In this document: positions 10,383 through 18,942 of the stretch, piece after piece | Layout: the number at the start of each line of letters is the position of its first letter | Position numbering within the stretch: position 1 is the first letter of the stretch | IMG/VR virus record: IMGVR_UViG_3300036766_000548 | Location: 1-64,000 of that record | Length of the DNA stretch: 64,000 bases | Strand: one strand, 5' to 3' | Origin: a virus | Program-made: the position numbers and the translations under genes | Notes under the pieces: generated by a model | What the model was told of the DNA's origin: nothing | The model's database searches: none | The model's input: only the letters and a program-made list of their open reading frames with translations

Positions 10383-10652
10383 ATGGGTGGACCAGGATCA
10401 GGAAGAAGGAAGGGCGGCGGTAAAGGATTTAGTACATCAGGTAAAAATCCAAGTTTAGGTAGGGCCGGGGCATTTAAATCAATGTTCCAAAAAGGGCCTT
10501 CAACAAAGCAAATGAGAACTGAAAAGAAAGCATTGCAAATTAAAAAAGCTACAAATAGAAAAAACGCTAGCGTGCAATTGTCTAAACCATCTACTAAAGG
10601 CGTTCAAAAAATGTATTATAAAAATGTTAGGTCTGCTAATAAGGCACATTAA
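10383..10652 (+). CDS. MGGPGSGR-family basic mini-protein copy 3
   Basis: AAGGAG-N6-ATG; shared tag. Confidence 0.8.
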   Translation: MGGPGSGRRKGGGKGFSTSGKNPSLGRAGAFKSMFQKGPSTKQMRTEKKALQIKKATNRKNASVQLSKPSTKGVQKMYYKNVRSANKAH

Positions 10653-10703
10653 ATGACTTTATCAAAGTTAGAGCATCAAGCATTAAATACTCTATTAAAA
10701 TAA
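10653..10703 (+). pseudogene. 16-aa stub of gp7 5' end (MTLSKLEHQALNTLLK*)
   Basis: 10658-10700 is identical (43 nt) to 10933-10975. Confidence 0.8.
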
Positions 10704-10716
10704 GAAGGAGCATAAT

Positions 10717-10923
10717 ATGGGTGGACCAGGATCAGGAAGAAGGAAAGGTGGTGGTAAAATGCAAGGTATCATGGGGGCAAAATTTAAAAGAACAAAACCA
10801 TTAAGTGAATATGAAAGAGTATTGAAAAAAAATCCAGCAATTCAGACTTCTAAGCTGGGAAGATCACCAACTAGAAAAACAAACATTAAAATACCATCTA
10901 GACGTCAATATCCTACGTGGTAA
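10717..10923 (+). CDS. MGGPGSGR-family basic mini-protein copy 4
   Basis: AAGGAG-N6-ATG; shared tag. Confidence 0.8.
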   Translation: MGGPGSGRRKGGGKMQGIMGAKFKRTKPLSEYERVLKKNPAIQTSKLGRSPTRKTNIKIPSRRQYPTW

Positions 10924-10927
10924 TTAA

Positions 10928-11926
10928 ATGGATTTATCAAAGTTAGAGCATCAAGCATTAAATACTCTATTAAAAAATGAAGCTAAGTATTCTAAACAAA
11001 TACAACAGGCCTTGCTTGATTCTCTAACTAATATTTATGGTGAAATGACAAAGATATATTCTAAGTATGCAAAAGTAATTAAGGCGGGCGAAGTTCCTAA
11101 ATTGACTAAAGCCGAAATGACCAAGTATAATAAATATTCCACGATGGAAGATTCCATAATGAAGCAATTAGACCCTGCAATAAAAGCGAATATAAAATCT
11201 ATAAAGAAATTATTGCCTGAACAATTCAACCAAAGCTTTTTCCATTATGCATGGGCAATAGATAATGCTACTGGATTGAGGTTATCATGGGGATTAGTAA
11301 ATACAAAAGCATTGATTGGGGCTTTCGATATAACCAATCCTAAAAATATTGAATTACAGGAAGCTCTAAAAAATTATGGGCCCACTGCAAAGAAAAGAAT
11401 TAGAGCGGCTTTGTTGAATGGTTTAAGTCAAGGAAAGAGTTATAGTCAAATGGCCGGTGATTTGAAAAAATCTATGAATAAGATATATAGTTCAGCTATG
11501 ACGATAGTCCGAACGGAAGGACAGACTGCCATCAATGCTGGGCAAACAATTGCTTATACTAGAGCAATAGAAAATGGTGTGCAGGGCAATGAAGTCTGGG
11601 AAGCCACTAGAGATGCAAGGACTAGACAAGATCATGGATATGCGGATGGGCAAAGGCGCGGAGAAATAATAGAAGGAGCATTTAGTATTGGTGGCAATCC
11701 AGCTTTATATCCTGCCGACCCACAATTACCAGCAGGTGAAAGAATTAATTGCCGATGTAATACTAGATTTGAAATAGATGGATATTCACCTCAATTAATG
11801 AGGACTAGGGAAGAAGGGATTCTGCCTTATATGAATTACCAGTCATATGCAGAACAATATCATCCAGACTGGGTAGATAAAGAAATTCGTTCAATTGTTA
11901 AAAGTAAGAAGTTTGCCGAAGTATAA
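10928..11926 (+). CDS. Head morphogenesis / minor capsid protein (SPP1 gp7, MuF-like)
   Basis: IVRTE, W.ATRDARTR..H...DGQ, P.DP.LPA.ERINCRC. Confidence 0.9.
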   Translation: MDLSKLEHQALNTLLKNEAKYSKQIQQALLDSLTNIYGEMTKIYSKYAKVIKAGEVPKLTKAEMTKYNKYSTMEDSIMKQLDPAIKANIKSIKKLLPEQFNQSFFHYAWAIDNATGLRLSWGLVNTKALIGAFDITNPKNIELQEALKNYGPTAKKRIRAALLNGLSQGKSYSQMAGDLKKSMNKIYSSAMTIVRTEGQTAINAGQTIAYTRAIENGVQGNEVWEATRDARTRQDHGYADGQRRGEIIEGAFSIGGNPALYPADPQLPAGERINCRCNTRFEIDGYSPQLMRTREEGILPYMNYQSYAEQYHPDWVDKEIRSIVKSKKFAEV

Positions 11927-12003
11927 AGTATCAAGTACCGGGATAAAACGTTATAGCGTAAATGCTATATAGGTTATAGAAAAGATTTTAAGGGAGGTTT
12001 TGT

Positions 12004-12144
12004 ATGCCATTAACGAAAAAAGGTGTAAAGGTTAAGAAAGCATTCGAGGGAGAGTACGGAAAGAAGAAAGGTGAACAGGTATTTTATGCTACTGAGAACA
12101 AACGTAAAATGAAAGGTTCAGTAAAAGGCAAGAAAAAGAAATGA
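12004..12144 (+). CDS. Small basic phage protein (46 aa; MPLTKKG...YGKKKGEQVFYA)
   Basis: GGAGG RBS; read manually; resembles a motif common in phage small proteins. Confidence 0.7.
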   Translation: MPLTKKGVKVKKAFEGEYGKKKGEQVFYATENKRKMKGSVKGKKKK

Positions 12145-12371
12145 TTACAATAGAAAAAGAAATGATTACAATGGAAAAACAAATTGCCATCATTAAGGAT
12201 TTGGAAATTATTGGTAAACAAATTTCCGATGAAATTGAAAAAAACAAAATTATGAAACAAATGATATTGAGCGAGGAGGCGGCATTAGATGTGAAATTAA
12301 CATATAACTATAAAGCAAAAGTAGATGCGTATGATGTATTAAAAGAAATAATAATCAAAGGAATTGTATGA
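12141..12371 (+). CDS. Hypothetical protein
   Basis: ATGA overlap; imperfect 21-nt tandem duplication at its 5' end. Confidence 0.55.
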   Translation: MITIEKEMITMEKQIAIIKDLEIIGKQISDEIEKNKIMKQMILSEEAALDVKLTYNYKAKVDAYDVLKEIIIKGIV

Positions 12372-12541
12372 TTAGTACAACTGGAACGACAATAGAGAAT
12401 TATCTTGAATGGGTTAAAAATGAAATTGAAAAGAAAGATTATGGCGAAGTATCAATTGAATTTACAATTGGAAATCATCAATTGGTAAAAGTTAAGAAGG
12501 GTTCATTTGATAATGACAAGTTTGAGATGAGGAAACAATAG
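12368..12541 (+). CDS. DUF2292/YezD-like small protein (57 aa)
   Basis: Read manually: IEKKDYGEVSIEFTIGNHQLVKVKK. Confidence 0.55.
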   Translation: MISTTGTTIENYLEWVKNEIEKKDYGEVSIEFTIGNHQLVKVKKGSFDNDKFEMRKQ

Positions 12542-12579
12542 ATACTTTATATAATAAATATAAAATGATATAATATATA
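12542..12579 (+). promoter_or_regulatory. Promoter for capsid operon (same motif as 5243-5280)
   Basis: TTTATA(12546)-N17-TATAAT(12569) with TG extension. Confidence 0.65.
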
Positions 12580-12615
12580 TTATAGAATATATAGCATCGA
12601 GCAGAAATACTGTAG

Positions 12616-12657
12616 ATGGCTAGAAGTTCCTAATAATGGGATTTCAGCCATTTTTTT
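12616..12657 (+). terminator. Intrinsic terminator/attenuator in capsid operon leader
   Basis: ATGGCT-A-GAAGTTCC-loop-GGGATTTC-AGCCAT followed by a T run. Confidence 0.65.
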
Positions 12658-12672
12658 ATTTAGGAGAGTTTT

Positions 12673-12846
12673 ATGGGAAGGTATTCAAATGTTACTTGTT
12701 TGAATATAAATAAGCCTAATTGCGAATTTTATGATTCTAATAGATTATGCCCAGATAATTGTGAAGGATTTGTTACCGTTACAAGTCCCACTATAAAAGA
12801 TTTTGAGTTACTACCGATAGAAAAGAAAAATAAGGTTAAGGAGTAA
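12673..12846 (+). CDS. Small Cys-containing hypothetical protein (57 aa)
   Basis: AGGAG RBS; read manually. Confidence 0.55.
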   Translation: MGRYSNVTCLNINKPNCEFYDSNRLCPDNCEGFVTVTSPTIKDFELLPIEKKNKVKE

Positions 12847-12848
12847 TT

Positions 12849-13010
12849 ATGTCGAAAGAGAATGTCTTGAAGATTGTAGGGATTTCTGGAATTGTTGTGG
12901 GATCGGGTTGTTTATATTTTACTGGAACTAGCACTAGTCTTATTGGTACACTTGTCGGAGCGGTATTTGTTTTGATCGGCATCGTGATAAGTTTTTTCAA
13001 GAAAGCGTGA
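12849..13010 (+). CDS. Small two-TM membrane protein (53 aa)
   Basis: AAGGAG RBS; two hydrophobic stretches; read manually. Confidence 0.6.
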   Translation: MSKENVLKIVGISGIVVGSGCLYFTGTSTSLIGTLVGAVFVLIGIVISFFKKA

Positions 13011-13023
13011 GGAGATATAATCT

Positions 13024-13350
13024 ATGTTAACGATCAGGCAAAGGAAACTTGACGCGCGGGCTCATAGGCAGGAATCTCTCCATGGGGTTACTACTGAAAA
13101 GACCTTAATCAAAACTCCACAGCCAAAGAATTTTCCTGTTAATGAAATTATAAAATTAGGTGCTCCATTATCAAAAGAATTAAAAAAAGAAATGCCATTA
13201 GTCAAGAAAATCTTAATTAAATCCCCTGTAGTTACAGAGGCAATCAAGCGTGGCCCTGGTCGCCCGCGAAAGATTGAATCTGAAAAAATATCAAAAGTAG
13301 AAAAGCGATTAACAGGGAAAAAGACTGTTAAGAGCAAAGGAAAAAGATAA
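13024..13350 (+). CDS. Basic protein with AT-hook-like motif
   Basis: KRGPGRPRK; Lys-rich; GAGGAG RBS. Confidence 0.6.
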   Translation: MLTIRQRKLDARAHRQESLHGVTTEKTLIKTPQPKNFPVNEIIKLGAPLSKELKKEMPLVKKILIKSPVVTEAIKRGPGRPRKIESEKISKVEKRLTGKKTVKSKGKR

Positions 13351-13994
13351 TGGAAATCTCTTTAGACGACGTTAAGACTTTCATCGAAGCGAACAAGAAT
13401 GATCCGGCAGTATCTGAATATGTCATTTCTATTTCTGTTGATAGGCCATTAAACATTGAAGTGGTTAAGGGATATCTTGAAACGACCGAAGGCCAACAAG
13501 CAATGGAAAAGCATATCGATAGGGCGAGGACTCAGGCCGTACTAACTCATGATGAAAAAATCAAAAAGGAAAAGGAAGCCGAGATTGCCCGAAGAGTCAA
13601 TGAAAAATTAATGGAAATGAACAAGGAAGATACGCCTGAACAGAGGATGATTAAAGAACAGAATATTAGGATGAAGGAACTTGAGGATAAATATGAGAAT
13701 GATAAGAAGCTTTCTAAGATAAATGAAATTGCATATAAGGAAGGAATTGATCCAGCTTTTGTAGGTGGGATTTCATTTGATTCCGCTGAACAATTTGGTC
13801 TTTATGCGAATAATTTCAAGAATTATATCAAGAAAGCAAATGAAAAAGCATTAAATGAATTTATAGCATCAACATCAGTTAGGCCAAAGACTGGTAACGG
13901 GCCAGAAGATAAATTCAATGTTGATAATTTATCTGATAAGGAAATCCTAGCGATGGAAATGGCCGGTACATTGGATGCCGCGCTTAAAGGTTAA
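13350..13994 (+). CDS. Capsid scaffolding protein (DUF4355-like)
   Basis: Coiled-coil, charged; immediately upstream of MCP. Confidence 0.75.
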   Translation: MEISLDDVKTFIEANKNDPAVSEYVISISVDRPLNIEVVKGYLETTEGQQAMEKHIDRARTQAVLTHDEKIKKEKEAEIARRVNEKLMEMNKEDTPEQRMIKEQNIRMKELEDKYENDKKLSKINEIAYKEGIDPAFVGGISFDSAEQFGLYANNFKNYIKKANEKALNEFIASTSVRPKTGNGPEDKFNVDNLSDKEILAMEMAGTLDAALKG

Positions 13995-14008
13995 AAGGAG
14001 TATATAAT

Positions 14009-14878
14009 ATGAGTTTAGACAAGTTCAAGCCGCAGATTTGGAGTTCTAAGCTATTTGTTAGGCTTCAAAAGAATTTAGTTTTTGCTTCTGTAGTGAATCG
14101 TGATTATGAAGGGGATATTTCTGGTTATGGTGATACTGTAAAGATCAATGAAATCGGTGATATTACTGTAAGTGATTATACTGGTACGCTTACTTGGCAG
14201 ACTCTTACTGACGCTCAAAAGATTCTATTAATTGATCAGAAGAAGTCTTTCAGCTTCTCCATTGATGATGTCGATTCTGCTCAAATGCATCCCAAGGTAA
14301 TGAATGCCGCTATGCAGGCAGCTTCTTATGCTATTGCAAATACTGTAGATTCTTTTATTGCTGGACTTTATTCTGGTGCTGGTATTACTAACTCTACCTA
14401 TATGGGAACAGCGACTGCACCTATTGCCATTACAACTGGCAACGTACTTTATACTCTTTCTTATGCTGCAAGATATATGGATGAGAATAATGTTCCTACC
14501 CAGGAACGTTTCTTAGTCATTCCTCCTTGGCTTCACCAGAAACTTTTACTTGTTGAAACAGGGTCTATCACTGCAGCGGCTGAACCTAAAGTATTTAGTG
14601 ATGATGTTCTAACTTCTGGTTATGTTGGCCAGCTTTATGGGTTTAATTTACTTCTTTCCAATAACGTTGTTAATGCTGGTACCGCTGCATCTGTAATTTC
14701 TGCTGTAATGGGTCTTAATAGAACTGCTATTAGTTATGCAGGGCAGATTTCTAAGATTGAAGCCGTGCAGAGAGAATCTACTTTCGATGATGGTGTTAAG
14801 GGTCTTTATGTTTATGGTGCTAAGGTTGTCCGCCCTGCTGCTTTAGCAACCTTATATCTTACTGAAGCTGCTGGCTAA
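14009..14878 (+). CDS. Major capsid protein
   Basis: FKPQIWS, NRDYEG....GDTVKI, IDQKK.F.F.IDDVD, VKGLYVYGAKVVRP. Confidence 0.9.
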   Translation: MSLDKFKPQIWSSKLFVRLQKNLVFASVVNRDYEGDISGYGDTVKINEIGDITVSDYTGTLTWQTLTDAQKILLIDQKKSFSFSIDDVDSAQMHPKVMNAAMQAASYAIANTVDSFIAGLYSGAGITNSTYMGTATAPIAITTGNVLYTLSYAARYMDENNVPTQERFLVIPPWLHQKLLLVETGSITAAAEPKVFSDDVLTSGYVGQLYGFNLLLSNNVVNAGTAASVISAVMGLNRTAISYAGQISKIEAVQRESTFDDGVKGLYVYGAKVVRPAALATLYLTEAAG

Positions 14879-14896
14879 GGCTAGGAGGATAAAAAT

Positions 14897-15289
14897 ATGG
14901 CTGCTAGAACACTTGTTGCTACCACTCCCGCATTGACGGGAACTTCTATTGTTTCCGCTTCCAGTGCATTAGGAACTGGTGATATTTGTACCATTTCCTG
15001 CACTACTGCTCAAAGCTCTCTGGACCTTTCACAGACGTATATCAGGGCTACTAATGCTAATACAATCACTTCTGTTATTTTAACTATTAGTGTTGGTACT
15101 ATTTATTCTGAAGTTGGACAGGGTTCTGCTTCCATCACTCTTGCTACTGCTGATAGCATTATTATTGGTGGACAGGGTTTTGAAAGCGCCAGATTCCTGC
15201 AATGCACCGCAAAGACTGTACTGGTTTCCGCTACAGGTACTGGTCCTACAACTTTGGAATGCTATGTCTATCCAAAAGCAACCGAATAG
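14897..15289 (+). CDS. Ser/Thr-rich virion protein (possible head decoration)
   Basis: Directly after MCP, AGGAGG RBS, about 30% S+T. Confidence 0.6.
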   Translation: MAARTLVATTPALTGTSIVSASSALGTGDICTISCTTAQSSLDLSQTYIRATNANTITSVILTISVGTIYSEVGQGSASITLATADSIIIGGQGFESARFLQCTAKTVLVSATGTGPTTLECYVYPKATE

Positions 15290-15298
15290 TTAAGTAAT

Positions 15299-15363
15299 AG
15301 GCCGAGGAAATTTCAAAATGATAGATATAAATCTATTAAAAATAAATCTTCGGCCTTTTTATT
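15299..15363 (+). terminator. Intrinsic terminator after capsid genes
   Basis: AGGCCGAGGA...TCTTCGGCCT followed by T tract. Confidence 0.6.
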
Positions 15364-15377
15364 CAGGGGGCATATAA

Positions 15378-15896
15378 ATGCCTGGTGTACCAGTAACCTC
15401 TAATCCCATTAGTAACGATGGTTATAGACTCGTAGAAGATCAAAGTGATTATGAAATAATTTTAGGACATAGATATTCTACATTTTATAGCACAACTATA
15501 TCAGGAAGTATAGGAACAAATATTTTAGCAATTACCACTAATTCTATAAAAATATGTGAAGCGTGGTTTTCAATAGAAGTTGATAAGGCTGGTTTATATG
15601 AATTATATGAAGGCGCGGTAATATCTTCTGGTTCGGTATTGACTTTATTTAATAATAATAGGAATAGTTCTAATGTTGCCGATTGTACAGTAGTAGGCAA
15701 TCCAAACGTTTCTACCGTAGGAACATTTATCGGAGCGCATGTGATAGGTTCTGCAACGGGTGGAACATCTAAATCTGGTGGAAGTTCTACTACGAATAAA
15801 TATCAATTAAAGTATAACACTACATATATATTAAGATTTACCGCAGATGTTTCTAGTACAAGAGTTACACAAGGAATTTATTGGAGGGAAATATAA
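15378..15896 (+). CDS. Ser/Thr/Gly-rich structural protein (paralog A)
   Basis: Shares FNNNxNSS, GT and YxxRFxADxxSTR with next gene. Confidence 0.6.
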   Translation: MPGVPVTSNPISNDGYRLVEDQSDYEIILGHRYSTFYSTTISGSIGTNILAITTNSIKICEAWFSIEVDKAGLYELYEGAVISSGSVLTLFNNNRNSSNVADCTVVGNPNVSTVGTFIGAHVIGSATGGTSKSGGSSTTNKYQLKYNTTYILRFTADVSSTRVTQGIYWREI

Positions 15897-16451
15897 ATGC
15901 CTTATCCATATAATCCTAAAATAAACATAAACATAAACAGTCCTTTAGATGATTCTGGATATCTTGTTGGAATTGATATTATACATCACGAAATACATGA
16001 GGGTAATCATTATTCCACATCTTACTACGAAAAAATTGGTTCTGGAACTGCAATAAATGTTTTAATTACTGTAGGCACTAAATCAATACATATGGTTGGC
16101 GAAATGGTTTCTGATAATCCTGGGATGGCCACATTTAGTAAATCCCCCAATGCCACTACTACAAGTTCTACAGCAATTACTTGTTTTAATAATAATGGCA
16201 ATAGTTCAAAAACAACTGATACGGTATTTACTGTTGGTGGTACATATACAAGTTCCGGAACTATATTAAGGACTTATTTATTTGGTAGTAGTTCAGGAAC
16301 TGGAGGCAATAAAATATCAATGGGTTCTACAGCTGGTGAAATAAACGAAGCTATTTTAACTCCTGGAGACAAATATTTAATTAGATTTGTTGCTGATGGA
16401 GCGTCTACAAGAACAATTATTAGAACAGCTTTTTATGAACAGGATTGGTAA
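15897..16451 (+). CDS. Ser/Thr/Gly-rich structural protein (paralog B)
   Basis: HHEIHEG motif; paralogous to previous gene. Confidence 0.6.
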   Translation: MPYPYNPKINININSPLDDSGYLVGIDIIHHEIHEGNHYSTSYYEKIGSGTAINVLITVGTKSIHMVGEMVSDNPGMATFSKSPNATTTSSTAITCFNNNGNSSKTTDTVFTVGGTYTSSGTILRTYLFGSSSGTGGNKISMGSTAGEINEAILTPGDKYLIRFVADGASTRTIIRTAFYEQDW

Positions 16452-17045
16452 ATGGCCATAATAACCGCATCTGCTGTTTCTATATATGCCCCTAAAATAA
16501 CCGCCTCTGCGGGGACTATAACGGCAGGCAATTATATTCCCGTGGTTCAGGAACGCATATGCCTGATGCTTAACAATTATTTTGATTCCGAAATCGTCAA
16601 CCTGGAGACGACTTGCGTATTCAATGCCACGGCCAGATCGATAGTCATCAGGCAGAACAGTTGGGAGGAATATGGGTTTAAGGCTAATGATGATATATTG
16701 ATATATAAAAGTATTAGGAACGATAAAGTAGTAACAATAGAATCTTTAACCACTAATACTTGTGTTTTAACTTCTGCATGTTCTGTAGTTGACGAAAGTT
16801 ATTCTACCGCTACAGGAACATCTGTATGTTTCGCCTTAGTGCAATGGCCAATATCTGTAGTGCAAACTGCGGCACTCATGGTTTATTTTGATGTAGATAT
16901 AAGAGATAAAGTTTCTGGTAATATTAAATCAAGAAGTCTTGGCCCCCTTAGTGAGAGTTTTACTTCTGGTGATGAAGATGAGTATGGATATCCACGAAAA
17001 ATTACAGATAAATTAACTCCGTTTAAATTAGCGAGATTGAATTAA
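16452..17045 (+). CDS. Head-tail adaptor/connector
   Basis: LNNYF, IKSRSLGPLSESF, YP..I...L.PF; synteny. Confidence 0.7.
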   Translation: MAIITASAVSIYAPKITASAGTITAGNYIPVVQERICLMLNNYFDSEIVNLETTCVFNATARSIVIRQNSWEEYGFKANDDILIYKSIRNDKVVTIESLTTNTCVLTSACSVVDESYSTATGTSVCFALVQWPISVVQTAALMVYFDVDIRDKVSGNIKSRSLGPLSESFTSGDEDEYGYPRKITDKLTPFKLARLN

Positions 17046-17158
17046 TGAAAAGAGTAGGATATATTTATAAGACAACCAATCTCATAAATAATAAAATCTA
17101 TATTGGCCAACATCAAAGAGATGAATTGCGATTATTAAATAATAAGGAATCTGCTTAA
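17045..17158 (+). pseudogene. GIY-YIG homing endonuclease remnant (37 aa)
   Basis: MKRVGYIYKTTNLINNKIYIGQH followed by an early stop. Confidence 0.75.
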
Positions 17159-17521
17159 ATGGCTTTAGTTGATATGCTGAATTTAGTTTCTGCCGTAAGC
17201 GTCATAAAAACTATAGAGACTAATGATGGCATGGGAGGAACTTCGGTTTCATCTACAACATATACAATTTCATTGTGTACAATGTGGACCAACGGCCAAA
17301 CGAATAAATGGGTGTCAGATAAATATGCAAAAGACTCGACTGATAGTCTGGTAATGGAATATGGGGCATATACATTTAACGATGTTTCCAGCTTGACTTC
17401 TACACAGTCATTGATTGAACAAGTTACATATAATGGCAATACTTATAAGACAGTTGGTTTTTCTAATAATATAATGAATCTTAATGAAATTATTTTACAA
17501 CAATTGGAAAGAATATCATGA
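17159..17521 (+). CDS. Head closure protein
   Basis: DGMGG motif; synteny. Confidence 0.7.
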   Translation: MALVDMLNLVSAVSVIKTIETNDGMGGTSVSSTTYTISLCTMWTNGQTNKWVSDKYAKDSTDSLVMEYGAYTFNDVSSLTSTQSLIEQVTYNGNTYKTVGFSNNIMNLNEIILQQLERIS

Positions 17522-17970
17522 TTAAAACTACTGTAACGCAAGAATGGCATGGAAAGGAAGTCAAGGTTCAAGGGAAACAAGTGGTGGGTCATTCTGCTTA
17601 TGAAATAGGTTTGGTTGTGGAGGGACAAGCAAAATTATTGGCTCCCAGGGATACGGGACATTTAGCTGCTTCTATTACTACGCAATCATTTAACGAAGGA
17701 ACAGAGTTGGACAATCCTTCTAAATATGCCACAAAAGAAAAAAACAAGTTATGGAAAGTAGATGGCACATTCAAGAAGATAGCTAAGCCTAATGATGATA
17801 CAGAAGCATTAATTGGTACAGCATTATCATATGGCCCATATATGGAATTTGGGACTGTCGGGGCCGATGCCCAACCATTTCTTAGACCCGCATTAGATTT
17901 GGCCATGGGCAAGACATTGACGATCATACAAATGGCTGGAAAATTCTTTTTCAAGGAGTATTTAAAATAA
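17518..17970 (+). CDS. HK97 gp10-like tail completion protein
   Basis: AKLLAPRDTGHL..SI, YGPYMEFGT, AQPFLRPA. Confidence 0.85.
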   Translation: MIKTTVTQEWHGKEVKVQGKQVVGHSAYEIGLVVEGQAKLLAPRDTGHLAASITTQSFNEGTELDNPSKYATKEKNKLWKVDGTFKKIAKPNDDTEALIGTALSYGPYMEFGTVGADAQPFLRPALDLAMGKTLTIIQMAGKFFFKEYLK

Positions 17971-18383
17971 TGACGCCTAGTCAATGCGTAGGATATTTAT
18001 TAAATCAAACAACTGCGATAACTGCAATTATAGGGACAAGAATATATAATGGATTACGTCCTGCGACTACAATAGTACCTTGTATAAATTATTTTGAAAT
18101 GCCAGGAGGGAGAAAACAGTATGGATTGTATTCACAAAAATATTCCATAAATTGCAGGGCCACCACGGCAGAAACGGCTTTAGGATTGGCAAGATTAGTC
18201 GAGGATACTTTTAATGGTACATCGGGAACAGGAATGTATGGGTATACATCGTCTGGGAGTTCTTTTGAAATTACCAGATCATCAACGGTGCAAATGCAAG
18301 GTTTGATTCCCGAACCAGATGATAATTTATATAATGCGCCAATTGATATTCAAATTATATTCCCTGCAAGTTCAATAGCATAA
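17970..18383 (+). CDS. Tail terminator protein
   Basis: IIGTRIY...P....P.I.Y; synteny. Confidence 0.7.
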   Translation: MTPSQCVGYLLNQTTAITAIIGTRIYNGLRPATTIVPCINYFEMPGGRKQYGLYSQKYSINCRATTAETALGLARLVEDTFNGTSGTGMYGYTSSGSSFEITRSSTVQMQGLIPEPDDNLYNAPIDIQIIFPASSIA

Positions 18384-18396
18384 AAGGAGAAAAATT

Positions 18397-18942
18397 ATGC
18401 CACTTTATCAGAACAGTACGGTTACAGATTCCAAGATTGAAGTTGGAAATTACGCGATGTATGTGGGCAGTGCAGGCACTTCCGCTACTGCAATCACCAT
18501 CAATTTGGGCCTTGGGATGTTGAAGGGGTTCACTTATGTCCCTGAAAATTTCACTTCCCAGGCTGGAAACGGTGTTGATCCAATCACTGGTATTGCTAGG
18601 GAAACCGCAACGTTTGAATTTGATTTGATTGAATATGGCCCATCAGCATTCTCTCAGATTCTAGGTGGAGCAATGTCTACTCCAACTGCAGGAACCGTAA
18701 CTGTAGGTGGTCAGGTAACTGTAGTAACTGGAGTTGGTATTAAATTAGTTAATAGTAGAAAACTCAAATCTGGTTCCACCCAGACCACGACCTATGTATT
18801 GAATGATTGTTACATGAATGGTGGGTATTCATTCACCCCCAAATCTGATAATGATGCCGATCCTGTTGGAGTATATAGCTTTAGCATGACTGCAAAACAA
18901 TATGCCACTGCTGGAACTATTTATACGAAGACGGTAGCGTAA
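18397..18942 (+). CDS. Major tail (tube) protein
   Basis: Position before chaperone and tape measure; beta-strand-like S/T/G-rich composition; AAGGAG RBS. Confidence 0.7.
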   Translation: MPLYQNSTVTDSKIEVGNYAMYVGSAGTSATAITINLGLGMLKGFTYVPENFTSQAGNGVDPITGIARETATFEFDLIEYGPSAFSQILGGAMSTPTAGTVTVGGQVTVVTGVGIKLVNSRKLKSGSTQTTTYVLNDCYMNGGYSFTPKSDNDADPVGVYSFSMTAKQYATAGTIYTKTVA

